A DNA stretch of 32,000 bases from Opitutia bacterium KCR 482 (GTDB lineage Bacteria > Verrucomicrobiota > Verrucomicrobiia > Opitutales > Intestinicryptomonadaceae). Below are positions 1 through 7,695 of the stretch, one piece after another. Position numbers and translations under genes: made by a program. How positions within the stretch are numbered: the first letter of the stretch is position 1; every line of letters starts with the position of its first letter. The stretch is taken from positions 30,001-62,000 of the forward strand of contig CP149973.1 in assembly GCA_029269845.2 (NCBI GenBank), in the 5' to 3' direction. The notes under the pieces were generated by a model. That model searched no databases. It was given only the letters and a program-made list of their open reading frames with translations, and was not told the DNA's origin.

Positions 1-677
1 TCGCGCGTGAGGCTTGCGATTTGCCCGTCTTCAAGGTAGATTACGTTTGTGGCGCGTCCCGCGAAGCCGAGAACGTCGCTCGACACAAGGTACTCGTCCT
101 TGCCGACGCCTATGATAAGCGGCGAACCCTTGCGGGCGGCAATCATTTCGTTGGGGGCAAGCTTGCTTATTACCGCGAACCCGTAGGTTCCCTCGACGTG
201 CCTTAGCGTCTTGCGGACGGCTTCAAGAAACCTGTTTTTGTCGGCAGGGGACGTTCTGTTTGTGTAGTGGTAGGCGATGAGATTTACGAGGGCTTCGGTG
301 TCTGTCTGGCTTTTAAACGTGTAGCCCTTTTCGATGAGGAACTTTTTTATGTTTTCGTAGTTTTCGATAATGCCGTTGTGGACTATCGCGAAATTGCCGT
401 CGCTCGAAACGTGCGGGTGCGCGTTTGTGTCGGTCACCGCGCCGTGGGTTGCCCAGCGCGTGTGGCTGATTCCCATGGTCGCGTAGAACGGGTGCTCTTC
501 GACCTCCTTTGCAAGAACGGCAACGCGTCCCTTTTTCTTCATGACGTCGAGCGTTCCCTTGTCGTCGAGAAGCGCAAGCCCCGCGGAGTCATACCCGCGG
601 TATTCGAGCTTCAAAAGTCCCTCTATAAGAATCGGCGTCGCGTCCCGACACCCAATGTATCCCGTGATTCCGCACAT
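1..677 (-). CDS. glmS: Glutamine--fructose-6-phosphate aminotransferase, N-terminal part (3' end runs off the left edge)
   Basis: Absent from the ORF track because it is open to position 1. My reverse-complement translation from the ATG at 677-675 reads MCGITGYIGCRDATPILIEGLLKLEYRGYDSAGLALLDDKGTLDVMKKKGRVAVLAKEVEEHPFYATMGISHTRWATHGAVTDTNAHPHVSSDGNFAIVHNGIIENYENIKKFL... This has the Cys2 Ntn-glutaminase signature with HTRWATHG and VHNGIIEN, as in GlmS. Confidence 0.9.
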   Translation of the reverse strand, partial: MCGITGYIGCRDATPILIEGLLKLEYRGYDSAGLALLDDKGTLDVMKKKGRVAVLAKEVEEHPFYATMGISHTRWATHGAVTDTNAHPHVSSDGNFAIVHNGIIENYENIKKFLIEKGYTFKSQTDTEALVNLIAYHYTNRTSPADKNRFLEAVRKTLRHVEGTYGFAVISKLAPNEMIAARKGSPLIIGVGKDEYLVSSDVLGFAGRATNVIYLEDGQIASLTR

Positions 678-867
678 AAATAATCTTAATTGTTGTATTT
701 AAAAGGCGAATATTTAGATTTATTTGACACTTGCAAGCCTAAATTGTCGCGCGGGTTTCCGTCCGCGCCCCAAAAAAGCGCGTTTGCGGCGGAAATATGC
801 TTGAACACGACGGCCCGCGCTATAAAAATAGCGGGAAATCGCAAAACAATAATACCGGATTTATAAA

Positions 868-1443
868 ATGATGAAGACTTTTAAACTCGCCGCCGCGTTG
901 TCGGCGGCATTCGTTGCGGCGACGCCGCTCTTTTCGCAGTCTCTCGGAGACATGCAGCAGGACATGGCTCTTTTGAAGCGCGAAGTGGGCAACCTCAGGC
1001 TCGAAGTCGAACAGCTTACGCGCCAAAACGAGGCTCTCGAACGCAAAATAAGGCAAATGCAGTCGTCGAATACGTCGAGCGACTTGGTTCGCTCGCAGGT
1101 GGCGTCGGTGCGCTCGGACGTGTCGTCGCAAAACGAGGCGATGAAGCGCGAAATCATAAAGCTTGTCAAAAAGGACATCGAAAGCCTCGCCTCGCAGACG
1201 AACGACGCAATCGAAAAACTCGCCAAGGCGATAGGGCAACGCCCGCAGGCTCCCATGCCGACAACTTTTGGCGACGACTACCCCAAAATGGGCATTACCT
1301 ACACCGTGAAATCGGGCGATACGCTCGGGAAAATCGCCCGCGCCAACAACTCGAAAATCAAGTGGATTCAGGACGCCAATAAAATAGAGGATCCCAACCG
1401 GGGTCTGCGCGTCGGCGAATCAATCTTCATTCCGCAAAAATAA
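868..1443 (+). CDS. Secreted coiled-coil protein with a C-terminal LysM peptidoglycan-binding domain
   Basis: 191-aa ORF with an ATG start. Signal-peptide-like N-terminus MMKTFKLAAALSAAFVAATPLFSQS. Heptad-like segment LLKREVGNLRLEVEQLTRQNEALERKIRQMQ. C-terminal LysM pattern YTVKSGDTLGKIARANNSKIKWIQDANKIEDPNRGLRVGESIFIP. Confidence 0.8.
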   Translation: MMKTFKLAAALSAAFVAATPLFSQSLGDMQQDMALLKREVGNLRLEVEQLTRQNEALERKIRQMQSSNTSSDLVRSQVASVRSDVSSQNEAMKREIIKLVKKDIESLASQTNDAIEKLAKAIGQRPQAPMPTTFGDDYPKMGITYTVKSGDTLGKIARANNSKIKWIQDANKIEDPNRGLRVGESIFIPQK

Positions 1444-1448
1444 AGAAC

Positions 1449-2390
1449 ATGTCTATACAACGCAAATCTTTGGGCAGGGGGCTTAGCTCCATAATCTCGG
1501 CGGGCGCGAAAAAGGCCGCCGACAGCGGCGCGCGCAAGGTCGCCGCGCAAACGCAGTCCGCGCTAGCAAAAGACGTGAAAATAGCCTCGCACGGACTGTT
1601 CAGCGAAATCGCCGTAGATAAAATCATTCCCAGCCCCTATCAGGCGCGCGCACAGTTCGACGAGGAACAGATTTCACAGCTTGCAGATTCGATTGCCTCG
1701 GAAGGTCTTTTGCAGCCGCTGCTCGTCCGCCAGCTCAAAGACGGCACTTACGAGCTTTTGGCGGGCGAACGCCGCTTGCGGGCGTGCCGCAGCCTGGGCA
1801 TGAAGAAAGTCGTGGCGTGCGTGCAGTCGGCAAGCGACGCGTCCGCCGCGGCGAAGGGGCTTATCGAAAACCTCCAACGCTCCGACCTCAACCCGATTGA
1901 AGAGGCGCGGGGTATCCTCAACATGATGGAGAATTTCCATCTGACGCAGGAGGCGGCTTCGCAGCGTTTGGGCAAGCCGCGTTCGAGCATTGCAAACTCG
2001 CTGAGGCTTCTGAAACTTCCCGAAGAAATACGCGGATACATTTCGAAGGGGCTGCTTTCGCTTGGGCACGCCAAAGTCATAATGGGCGTGGACGACCCTG
2101 TAAGACAGACGATTCTCGCGCGGAAAATCATCGAGGGCGATCTCAACGTACGCGCCGCCGAAGACGCCGTCAAGCGCATGAAAACCGCCGCCGACGGAAT
2201 TTCCGCAACGTCGCCGGCGTCGGTTGTGGCGCAGAACGCGGTCATACGCGACATTCAGAACAGGGTGTCGTCGAAGCTGAACGCGGAAGTGGAAATCAAA
2301 CACAACCAGAAGCGCGGGAAAATCATAATTTCCTACGTCGGCAACGACGACTTGCAGCGCATTCTCGACATTTTCGGCGTCAAGATTTAA
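1449..2390 (+). CDS. parB: Chromosome partitioning protein ParB/Spo0J
   Basis: 313 aa. N-terminal LGRGLSSII motif (ParA-interaction type), ParB box LLAGERRLRACRSLG (GERRxRA, the CTP-binding motif), and an HTH segment TQEAASQRLGKPRSSIANSLRLLKLP. Starts 5 nt after the LysM gene stop. Confidence 0.93.
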   Translation: MSIQRKSLGRGLSSIISAGAKKAADSGARKVAAQTQSALAKDVKIASHGLFSEIAVDKIIPSPYQARAQFDEEQISQLADSIASEGLLQPLLVRQLKDGTYELLAGERRLRACRSLGMKKVVACVQSASDASAAAKGLIENLQRSDLNPIEEARGILNMMENFHLTQEAASQRLGKPRSSIANSLRLLKLPEEIRGYISKGLLSLGHAKVIMGVDDPVRQTILARKIIEGDLNVRAAEDAVKRMKTAADGISATSPASVVAQNAVIRDIQNRVSSKLNAEVEIKHNQKRGKIIISYVGNDDLQRILDIFGVKI

Positions 2391-3313
2391 TGAAGAAATT
2401 TGCGGCAGTCGCGGTTTTGGCGGCGGCGTTCGCGCTTCCGTGCCTCGCCGTGAGAAGCAACGACTTCACAAAGGCGTCGAACTCCTATTCGCGCAAATAC
2501 CAGAGCGACAAAAGCCGCTACGGCGAGGAGAAATCGCGCATGCAGGGCGAACGCGCCGGCATGGGCAAAAGCTTTTCGCCGAAAACCGAAACGTCGCGCT
2601 TTCAGGGCGAAGCGGCGCGTCTCGACGGCGCGGCGGCGGAGTATTTTTTCGACAAGACCGCGCCGGACGCCTCCAAAAAATTCGGCGTAAAAGACTATTC
2701 GGGCATGTCGGGCGATTGGAGCAGAGGCGATACCCGCGCAAGCCTCAAAAACTCCGACGTGAACCTCTCGAAAAAATACGCGGGGAAAATCGACGTCTAC
2801 CGCCGCGATACAGACAAACAGCGCGAAATAGACGCGTACTATTCCTCGATTTCCGAACGCTCGATGTCGGAAATCAACAAATTCTACTCGCGCACTCCGA
2901 ACAGTTCGGCGAACGACGACATGATAAAAAAAGCGGGCGCGCAACTCGGAGGGGAGGGCGACGACGGCGGATTTTTCGACTTCCTCTCCTCTCACGAGAA
3001 AATCAAACGCGCCCCTGTATCTTTTAAAAGCAGACCCGCGTCAAGTTCGGAATTTTCGCGCAAAGGCTCTGCGCCCGCCGAAACCGTCCAAACTCCGACG
3101 CCCGCGGCGGTTTCGGAAAGCGCGGCAGCCCGCCGACAGTACGTTCCGCAGGAGACGTCGGCGACGGTTTTGTCGCGCCCGACGCAGTCAATACGCTCGA
3201 ACGTTTTGACGGAGGAAATTCCGCTTGAACGCGCCAAAAAACTGCGCTTCCTAAACGTCCCCGAAGAGCTGCGCTCGAACGCGTCAATCAAAGTCCGCGT
3301 GAAGGAGGACTGA
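2390..3313 (+). CDS. Hypothetical secreted protein, K/S/R/E-rich and probably disordered
   Basis: 307-aa ORF whose ATG overlaps the parB stop (TAATG at 2388-2392). Signal peptide MKKFAAVAVLAAAFALPCLA. No family recognised. Competing ORFs (2440-3027 +, 2387-2995 -) have Arg-rich shadow-like translations. Confidence 0.6.
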   Translation: MKKFAAVAVLAAAFALPCLAVRSNDFTKASNSYSRKYQSDKSRYGEEKSRMQGERAGMGKSFSPKTETSRFQGEAARLDGAAAEYFFDKTAPDASKKFGVKDYSGMSGDWSRGDTRASLKNSDVNLSKKYAGKIDVYRRDTDKQREIDAYYSSISERSMSEINKFYSRTPNSSANDDMIKKAGAQLGGEGDDGGFFDFLSSHEKIKRAPVSFKSRPASSSEFSRKGSAPAETVQTPTPAAVSESAAARRQYVPQETSATVLSRPTQSIRSNVLTEEIPLERAKKLRFLNVPEELRSNASIKVRVKED

Positions 3314-3384
3314 GCGCGTTAATTTTGAATTTTTTGCGTCGATTTTGTTTGCGGGCTGGGCGCGGATTTGTAAGCTTTTTGCGT

Positions 3385-4242
3385 ATGAAATTAATCGGAA
3401 CAGTCGCCGTTTTGGGAACGGGTTTGCTCGGCGCGTCGCTCGCGCGGGCTTTAAAAAAATTCGGGGTTGCCGAAAAGGTCTTCGCGTGGTCGCGCTCCGA
3501 ATCGACGCGCGAAAAATGCGCCGCGCTTCCGTCGGTCTTCGACGGCGTTTTCGACTCTCCCGAAGCCGCCGTCCGCGACGCCGACATGGTCGTGATTTGC
3601 GCGCCGACCGCGAACATTCCGCAGCTCGCCGAACGTATCGCCCCGAGCCTCAAAAAAGGCGCGGTGATAACCGACGTCGGCAGCGTGAAAAAATCCGTCT
3701 GCGAACAGTGCGAAAAGGCTCTCGCCGGTAGCGGCGCGGTCTTCGTAGGCTCGCACCCCATGGCAGGCTCCGAAAAAATCGGCATAGACCACTCCGACTC
3801 CGACCTCTTCGCTGGGCGTCCGTGCTTTATAACGCCGTCCTCCGATGCGCAGGCGGACGCCGCGGATTTGCTCGAAAAAATCTGGACGGCTGTGGGCATG
3901 CGGGCATACCGCGCAACGCCCTCCGTGCACGATTCGATTGTCGCGCGGGTAAGCCACCTGCCGCACATCGTGGCAGGGCTGCTTTGTTGCAGCGCGGCGG
4001 ATTTCGAAAACGGCGACCTCCGCAACTACGCAGGCCCCGGGTTCAGAGACTCGACCCGCATTTCGTCGGGCAACCCCGAAATTTGGGATTCCATAATTGC
4101 CGACAACCGCGCGGAAATCCTCGCGGCGTTGAAAATATTTTCGGACAAGCTTTCCTCCATCATCGACGCCGTAGAAAATTCCGACTCCGAAAAAATCGGC
4201 GCAATGCTGCGCAAGGCGAAATCGTACAGAGACAAACTTTAA
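3385..4242 (+). CDS. tyrA: Prephenate/arogenate dehydrogenase
   Basis: The track ORF starts at a TTG (3325). The ATG at 3385 gives MKLIGTVAVLGTGLLGASLARAL with a GxGxxG Rossmann motif at the N-terminus. Also present: VGSHPMAGSE and HDSIVARVSHLPH, both typical of TyrA. Confidence 0.85.
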   Translation: MKLIGTVAVLGTGLLGASLARALKKFGVAEKVFAWSRSESTREKCAALPSVFDGVFDSPEAAVRDADMVVICAPTANIPQLAERIAPSLKKGAVITDVGSVKKSVCEQCEKALAGSGAVFVGSHPMAGSEKIGIDHSDSDLFAGRPCFITPSSDAQADAADLLEKIWTAVGMRAYRATPSVHDSIVARVSHLPHIVAGLLCCSAADFENGDLRNYAGPGFRDSTRISSGNPEIWDSIIADNRAEILAALKIFSDKLSSIIDAVENSDSEKIGAMLRKAKSYRDKL

Positions 4243-4253
4243 TAACATTCCAC

Positions 4254-6248
4254 ATGAAATCCGAAATAATAATAAAACCTTTCCGCGCCTGCGCGGCGTC
4301 GGCAACTCCCCCCGGCTCGAAAAGCATTACGAACCGCGCAATGATGCTCGCGGCTCTCGCGGGCGGCGACACGCTTTTGGAGGGCGCGTTGTTTTCGCGC
4401 GACACGCTCATCATGGCGGACTGCCTCGCAAAGCTCGGCTACATCGTAAAGCCCGACAAGCTCGCGGGGACGGTCGAAATAGACGCGGGGCTTGGCGGCA
4501 TTCCCAATTCGGAGGCTGAAATCGACGTGGGCAATGCGGGCACGGCGGCAAGGTTCATTACGGCTCTCGTCTCTCTGCGCAATGGCGGCAACTATCTGCT
4601 CGACTCCGACAACGCGATGTACGCGCGGCCGATTAAGGGGCTTATAGACGCGCTGAAATCGCAGGGGGCGGCTTTCGAATTTCTCGGCGAGCGCGACAGA
4701 TTCCCGTTCAGAATACGCACATGCGGATTGCGCGGAGGGACGGCGGAAATCGACGCGGGAGAGTCGAGCCAAATGCTTTCGGGGCTGTTGATGGCGTCGG
4801 TTTGCGCGCAGTCGCCGATGGAGGTTCGCCTTTCGGGCGGGACGGTCTCCAAGCCTTTCGTCAAAATGACAATCGAGATGATGCGCGAGTTCGGATTCTC
4901 CTGCGAGACCGACGGAAACGTCTACAAGCCCGCGCTCAAAAAGGGCGTGGTGCAGTCGCCGCGCGTGTACAGAATAGAGCCCGACGCAACTGCGGCGAGC
5001 TACCTTGCGACGCTTCCGATTGCAGTCGGCGGCGTTTCGGAAATACGCAATTTCGGGGCGTGCAAATTGCAGGGCGACGCCGCGTACATCGACGTGCTCA
5101 AATCGATGGGGCTTGTCGAAACGCGCACTGTCGGCGACAACCTGCTTGTTTTCGCAAAGGACGGCGGGGCGTATCCCGAACTCGTGGAGGTTGATTTCAA
5201 CGACATTTCCGACACATTCCTTTCTCTCGCGGCGGTGTCAATGCTGCTGCCGTTCAAGCTCCGCATTACGGGCATTGCGCACACGCGCAGGCAGGAGACC
5301 GACAGGGTGGCGGCGGTTGCCCGCGAGCTGCGCAAATTCTGCGCGTCGGTCGAAGAGTCGGAGGGCGGGCTTTTCATTGCGCCGTACCCCCGCGCCGAGC
5401 TTGCCGAAAAAATCAAGGGCGTCGTTTCCGTCGAAACATACGACGACCACAGAATCGCAATGAGCTTTTCGATTGCGGGTTGCGCCGACATTCGCGGCGA
5501 CGGCTCGCCGTGGATTAAAATCGAAAATCCCGAATGCACGTCGAAAACTTGGAGCGAATTCTTCGAGGTGCTCTACACCGCGCGGGAGGATTCGCGCAAG
5601 TTCAGGATTGTGTCGGTCGACGGCGGCGCGGCGGTCGGGAAATCGAGCGTCTCGCGCGAGACGTCGAACATCTTGGGCTACATGCACGTCGATACGGGGG
5701 CGCATTACAGGACTGTCGCCTACGGGCTTCTCGAAGCGGGCGCGGACTCCGCCGACTTGGCGGGGGTGCTCGCGAACCTCGCAAAGCTCGAAATCGGCAC
5801 GAAGCTCGACGGCATGTCGGCGAAAATCACGCTCGGCGGCGGGGTCGTACCAGACTCCGAAATACGCAACGAGCGCATAAATTCGAAAGTTGCCGAATTT
5901 GCCGCGATTCCGCAGGTGCGCGACTTCCTCAAAAACTACCAGCGTTCCATGGCGGACTTCGCCCGCAACAGCGGCTTCGGCGGCATGATTATGGAGGGGC
6001 GCGACATCGGCTCGGTCATTTTCCCCGACGCCGACGCCCGCATTTTCCTCGACGCCGACGAGCAGACCCGCGCCGCCCGCCGCGCCAAGGAGGGCATTAC
6101 CGACTCGGTCAAAAAACGCGACGAGCTTGACAAGTCGCGCAAAACCGCGCCGCTTGTGTGCCCCAACGGCGCGACGCTCATCGACACCTCGAAAATGTCG
6201 AAGTCGGAGGTCGTCGAAAAGACGCTTTCAGTAATTCTCGAATCGTAA
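4254..6248 (+). CDS. aroA/cmk: Bifunctional 3-phosphoshikimate 1-carboxyvinyltransferase (EPSP synthase) / cytidylate kinase fusion
   Basis: One uninterrupted frame of 664 aa from the ATG at 4254 (MKSEIIIKPF...). The N-terminal ~449 aa are AroA-like (PPGSKSITNRAMMLAALAGG, DVGNAGTAARF, HTRRQETDR, YDDHRIAMSF). From about 5601 the sequence is Cmk-like (FRIVSVDGGAAVGKSSVSRETS..., MEGRDIGSVIFPDADARIFLDADEQTRAARR). The 3822-4253 part of the track ORF is an out-of-frame overlap with tyrA. Confidence 0.88.
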   Translation: MKSEIIIKPFRACAASATPPGSKSITNRAMMLAALAGGDTLLEGALFSRDTLIMADCLAKLGYIVKPDKLAGTVEIDAGLGGIPNSEAEIDVGNAGTAARFITALVSLRNGGNYLLDSDNAMYARPIKGLIDALKSQGAAFEFLGERDRFPFRIRTCGLRGGTAEIDAGESSQMLSGLLMASVCAQSPMEVRLSGGTVSKPFVKMTIEMMREFGFSCETDGNVYKPALKKGVVQSPRVYRIEPDATAASYLATLPIAVGGVSEIRNFGACKLQGDAAYIDVLKSMGLVETRTVGDNLLVFAKDGGAYPELVEVDFNDISDTFLSLAAVSMLLPFKLRITGIAHTRRQETDRVAAVARELRKFCASVEESEGGLFIAPYPRAELAEKIKGVVSVETYDDHRIAMSFSIAGCADIRGDGSPWIKIENPECTSKTWSEFFEVLYTAREDSRKFRIVSVDGGAAVGKSSVSRETSNILGYMHVDTGAHYRTVAYGLLEAGADSADLAGVLANLAKLEIGTKLDGMSAKITLGGGVVPDSEIRNERINSKVAEFAAIPQVRDFLKNYQRSMADFARNSGFGGMIMEGRDIGSVIFPDADARIFLDADEQTRAARRAKEGITDSVKKRDELDKSRKTAPLVCPNGATLIDTSKMSKSEVVEKTLSVILES

Positions 6249-6908
6249 ATGAGAACGCGCTTTTTCAAGGTAGGGAAGGGCAAATACATCTACAAAGGCT
6301 GGTGGATTTTGTCGTCCGTAATCTGCGACGTGTTCGGCAGAATAGAGCTTTACGGCTACGAGAACGTCCCGAAAGAGCCGTGCATAATTGTAGCCAACCA
6401 CGTCAGCTATCTCGACCCCATGGCGGCGGCGTTCTTCCACGAGACGGAGCTTTGCGCCGTCGCGCGCGACACCCTCATGGACGGCAAATTTTCGGGCGCG
6501 TTCTTCCGCAGCCTCAACGCGATTCCGATTAAGCGCGGGCAGTCGGGCAATCTGGGCGCGTTCCGCGAGGTGCTCGCGCGGATAAAATCGGGCGTGGGCG
6601 TGATAATTTTTCCGGAGGGCACGCGCAGTTTCGACGGTAAATTGCAGCGCGGAAAGGCGGGCGCGGGCTTGCTTGCGATAAAATCTGGCGCGCCGATTCT
6701 GCCGCTGAAATTCGTGAACATGTACGACATTCTTCCTCGAACGGGCAGGCTCCGCGGCGGCACGCGCCTTATTCTTTGCGCTGGGAAGCCGATTAACCCG
6801 AAGGAAATCGACCCCGGAAAGGACGCCCCCGACAGGGCGCAAATTATAGTTGATAGAATAATGGAGCGGATTGCGGAAATCGAACCGCCCGTATTGAAGG
6901 AAATTTAA
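6249..6908 (+). CDS. plsC: 1-acyl-sn-glycerol-3-phosphate acyltransferase
   Basis: 219 aa. The ATG directly abuts the aroA/cmk stop. Acyltransferase motifs NHVSYLDP (HX4D) and IFPEGTRS are present. Confidence 0.85.
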   Translation: MRTRFFKVGKGKYIYKGWWILSSVICDVFGRIELYGYENVPKEPCIIVANHVSYLDPMAAAFFHETELCAVARDTLMDGKFSGAFFRSLNAIPIKRGQSGNLGAFREVLARIKSGVGVIIFPEGTRSFDGKLQRGKAGAGLLAIKSGAPILPLKFVNMYDILPRTGRLRGGTRLILCAGKPINPKEIDPGKDAPDRAQIIVDRIMERIAEIEPPVLKEI

Positions 6909-6910
6909 AA

Positions 6911-7234
6911 ATGATAAACTGGATGTGTCTTTTTGTCGCGGGATTGCTCGAAATTGTCTGGGTGGTCGCGCTGAAATACGCCGAAAACTTTTCAAAGCTT
7001 CTGCCCACTGCGGTGTTTGTGGTTTCGATTGTATCGAGCTTTTTGCTGCTCAATTTTGCAATCCGCACGCTTCCGATCGGGCTGTCCTACGCCATTTGGA
7101 CGGGCATGGGCGCGGCGGGCGCGGTGGCTGCGGGCATAATTCTCTTCGGCGAACCGACGGGCTTTTGGCAGCTGCTCTTCCTCTCGATGATTGTCGTGGG
7201 GATTATCGGAATCAATTTCGTCTCCGAACACTAA
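6911..7234 (+). CDS. sugE: SMR-family small multidrug resistance / guanidinium exporter (SugE/Gdx type)
   Basis: 107 aa with four predicted TM segments. N-terminal AGLLEIVWVVALKY carries the conserved membrane Glu. PIGLSYAIWTGMGAAG matches the SugE pattern. Starts 2 nt after the plsC stop. Confidence 0.85.
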   Translation: MINWMCLFVAGLLEIVWVVALKYAENFSKLLPTAVFVVSIVSSFLLLNFAIRTLPIGLSYAIWTGMGAAGAVAAGIILFGEPTGFWQLLFLSMIVVGIIGINFVSEH

Positions 7235-7259
7235 GCGGCGCGGTTTGGGCATGGACGCG

Positions 7260-7292
7260 GGGCGCAAAAGGGAATTTTGCGCCCGCCTTTTT
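7260..7292 (+). terminator. Rho-independent terminator closing the 868-7234 plus-strand gene array
   Basis: Stem GGGCGCAAAA (7260-7269), loop gggaa, stem TTTTGCGCCC (7275-7284), followed by gccTTTTT (to 7292). Confidence 0.6.
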
Positions 7293-7348
7293 GCGGCGAA
7301 TCGGCGTCTTGCGCGTTCGTGAAGCCTGTCGGCAAAGGGCGCGGCGGC

Positions 7349-7591
7349 TTAGCCGAGGTATTTGGTAAGCTCCTCCAAGATTTCCTTTTCGGCGGCGATT
7401 CGGCGTTTGATTTCGCCCGCGTATTCGGGAATGTCGCAGGCGTGCACGCGCGGCGGGAATCCCTTTTCCTCGCAGCCGCATTTTTCGCTTACGAAAAATC
7501 CGTCTTCGTCGCGGTGTATTGTGATGAAAATTTCCTGCTTGCACAGGCGGCACTTGCGCCCCATCGACATCGTGGTTATTTCCTGATTCAT
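7349..7591 (-). CDS. Small Cys-rich hypothetical protein (80 aa), possible zinc-ribbon-like
   Basis: ATG start preceded by AAAGGAAAC (Shine-Dalgarno-like) on the minus strand. Codon style matches neighbouring genes. Cys pattern CRLC...CGC...C, followed by a C-terminal amphipathic helix-like tail. No family recognised. Confidence 0.55.
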   Translation of the reverse strand: MNQEITTMSMGRKCRLCKQEIFITIHRDEDGFFVSEKCGCEEKGFPPRVHACDIPEYAGEIKRRIAAEKEILEELTKYLG

Positions 7592-7668
7592 GCGTTTCCT
7601 TTCTTGGCGGAATTAAAAAGCGTTTTCGCGGTTTTTTCAAACCGAATTTTTCACGCGCCGAATTTTAA

Positions 7669-7687
7669 ATCGGAATTATTTTCCGAT
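7669..7687. promoter_or_regulatory. Perfect 7-bp inverted repeat ATCGGAA-ttatt-TTCCGAT, 9 nt upstream of the doxX ATG
   Basis: Read directly from the sequence. It lies in the 104-bp divergent region between the 80-aa ORF and doxX. Function (operator or 5'-UTR hairpin) is unknown. Confidence 0.3.
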
Positions 7688-7695
7688 AAAAAAGC

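Noticed and set aside
678-867. Possible glmS ribozyme upstream of glmS
   Set aside because: I read the minus-strand leader and saw none of the conserved glmS ribozyme core sequence or structure. The region is short and AT-rich near the start. An Rfam scan would be the definitive check.
3822-4253. 5' extension of the aroA/cmk ORF to 808 aa
   Set aside because: It overlaps tyrA out of frame and translates to Arg/Gly/Pro-rich nonsense. The AroA homology begins at the ATG at 4254.
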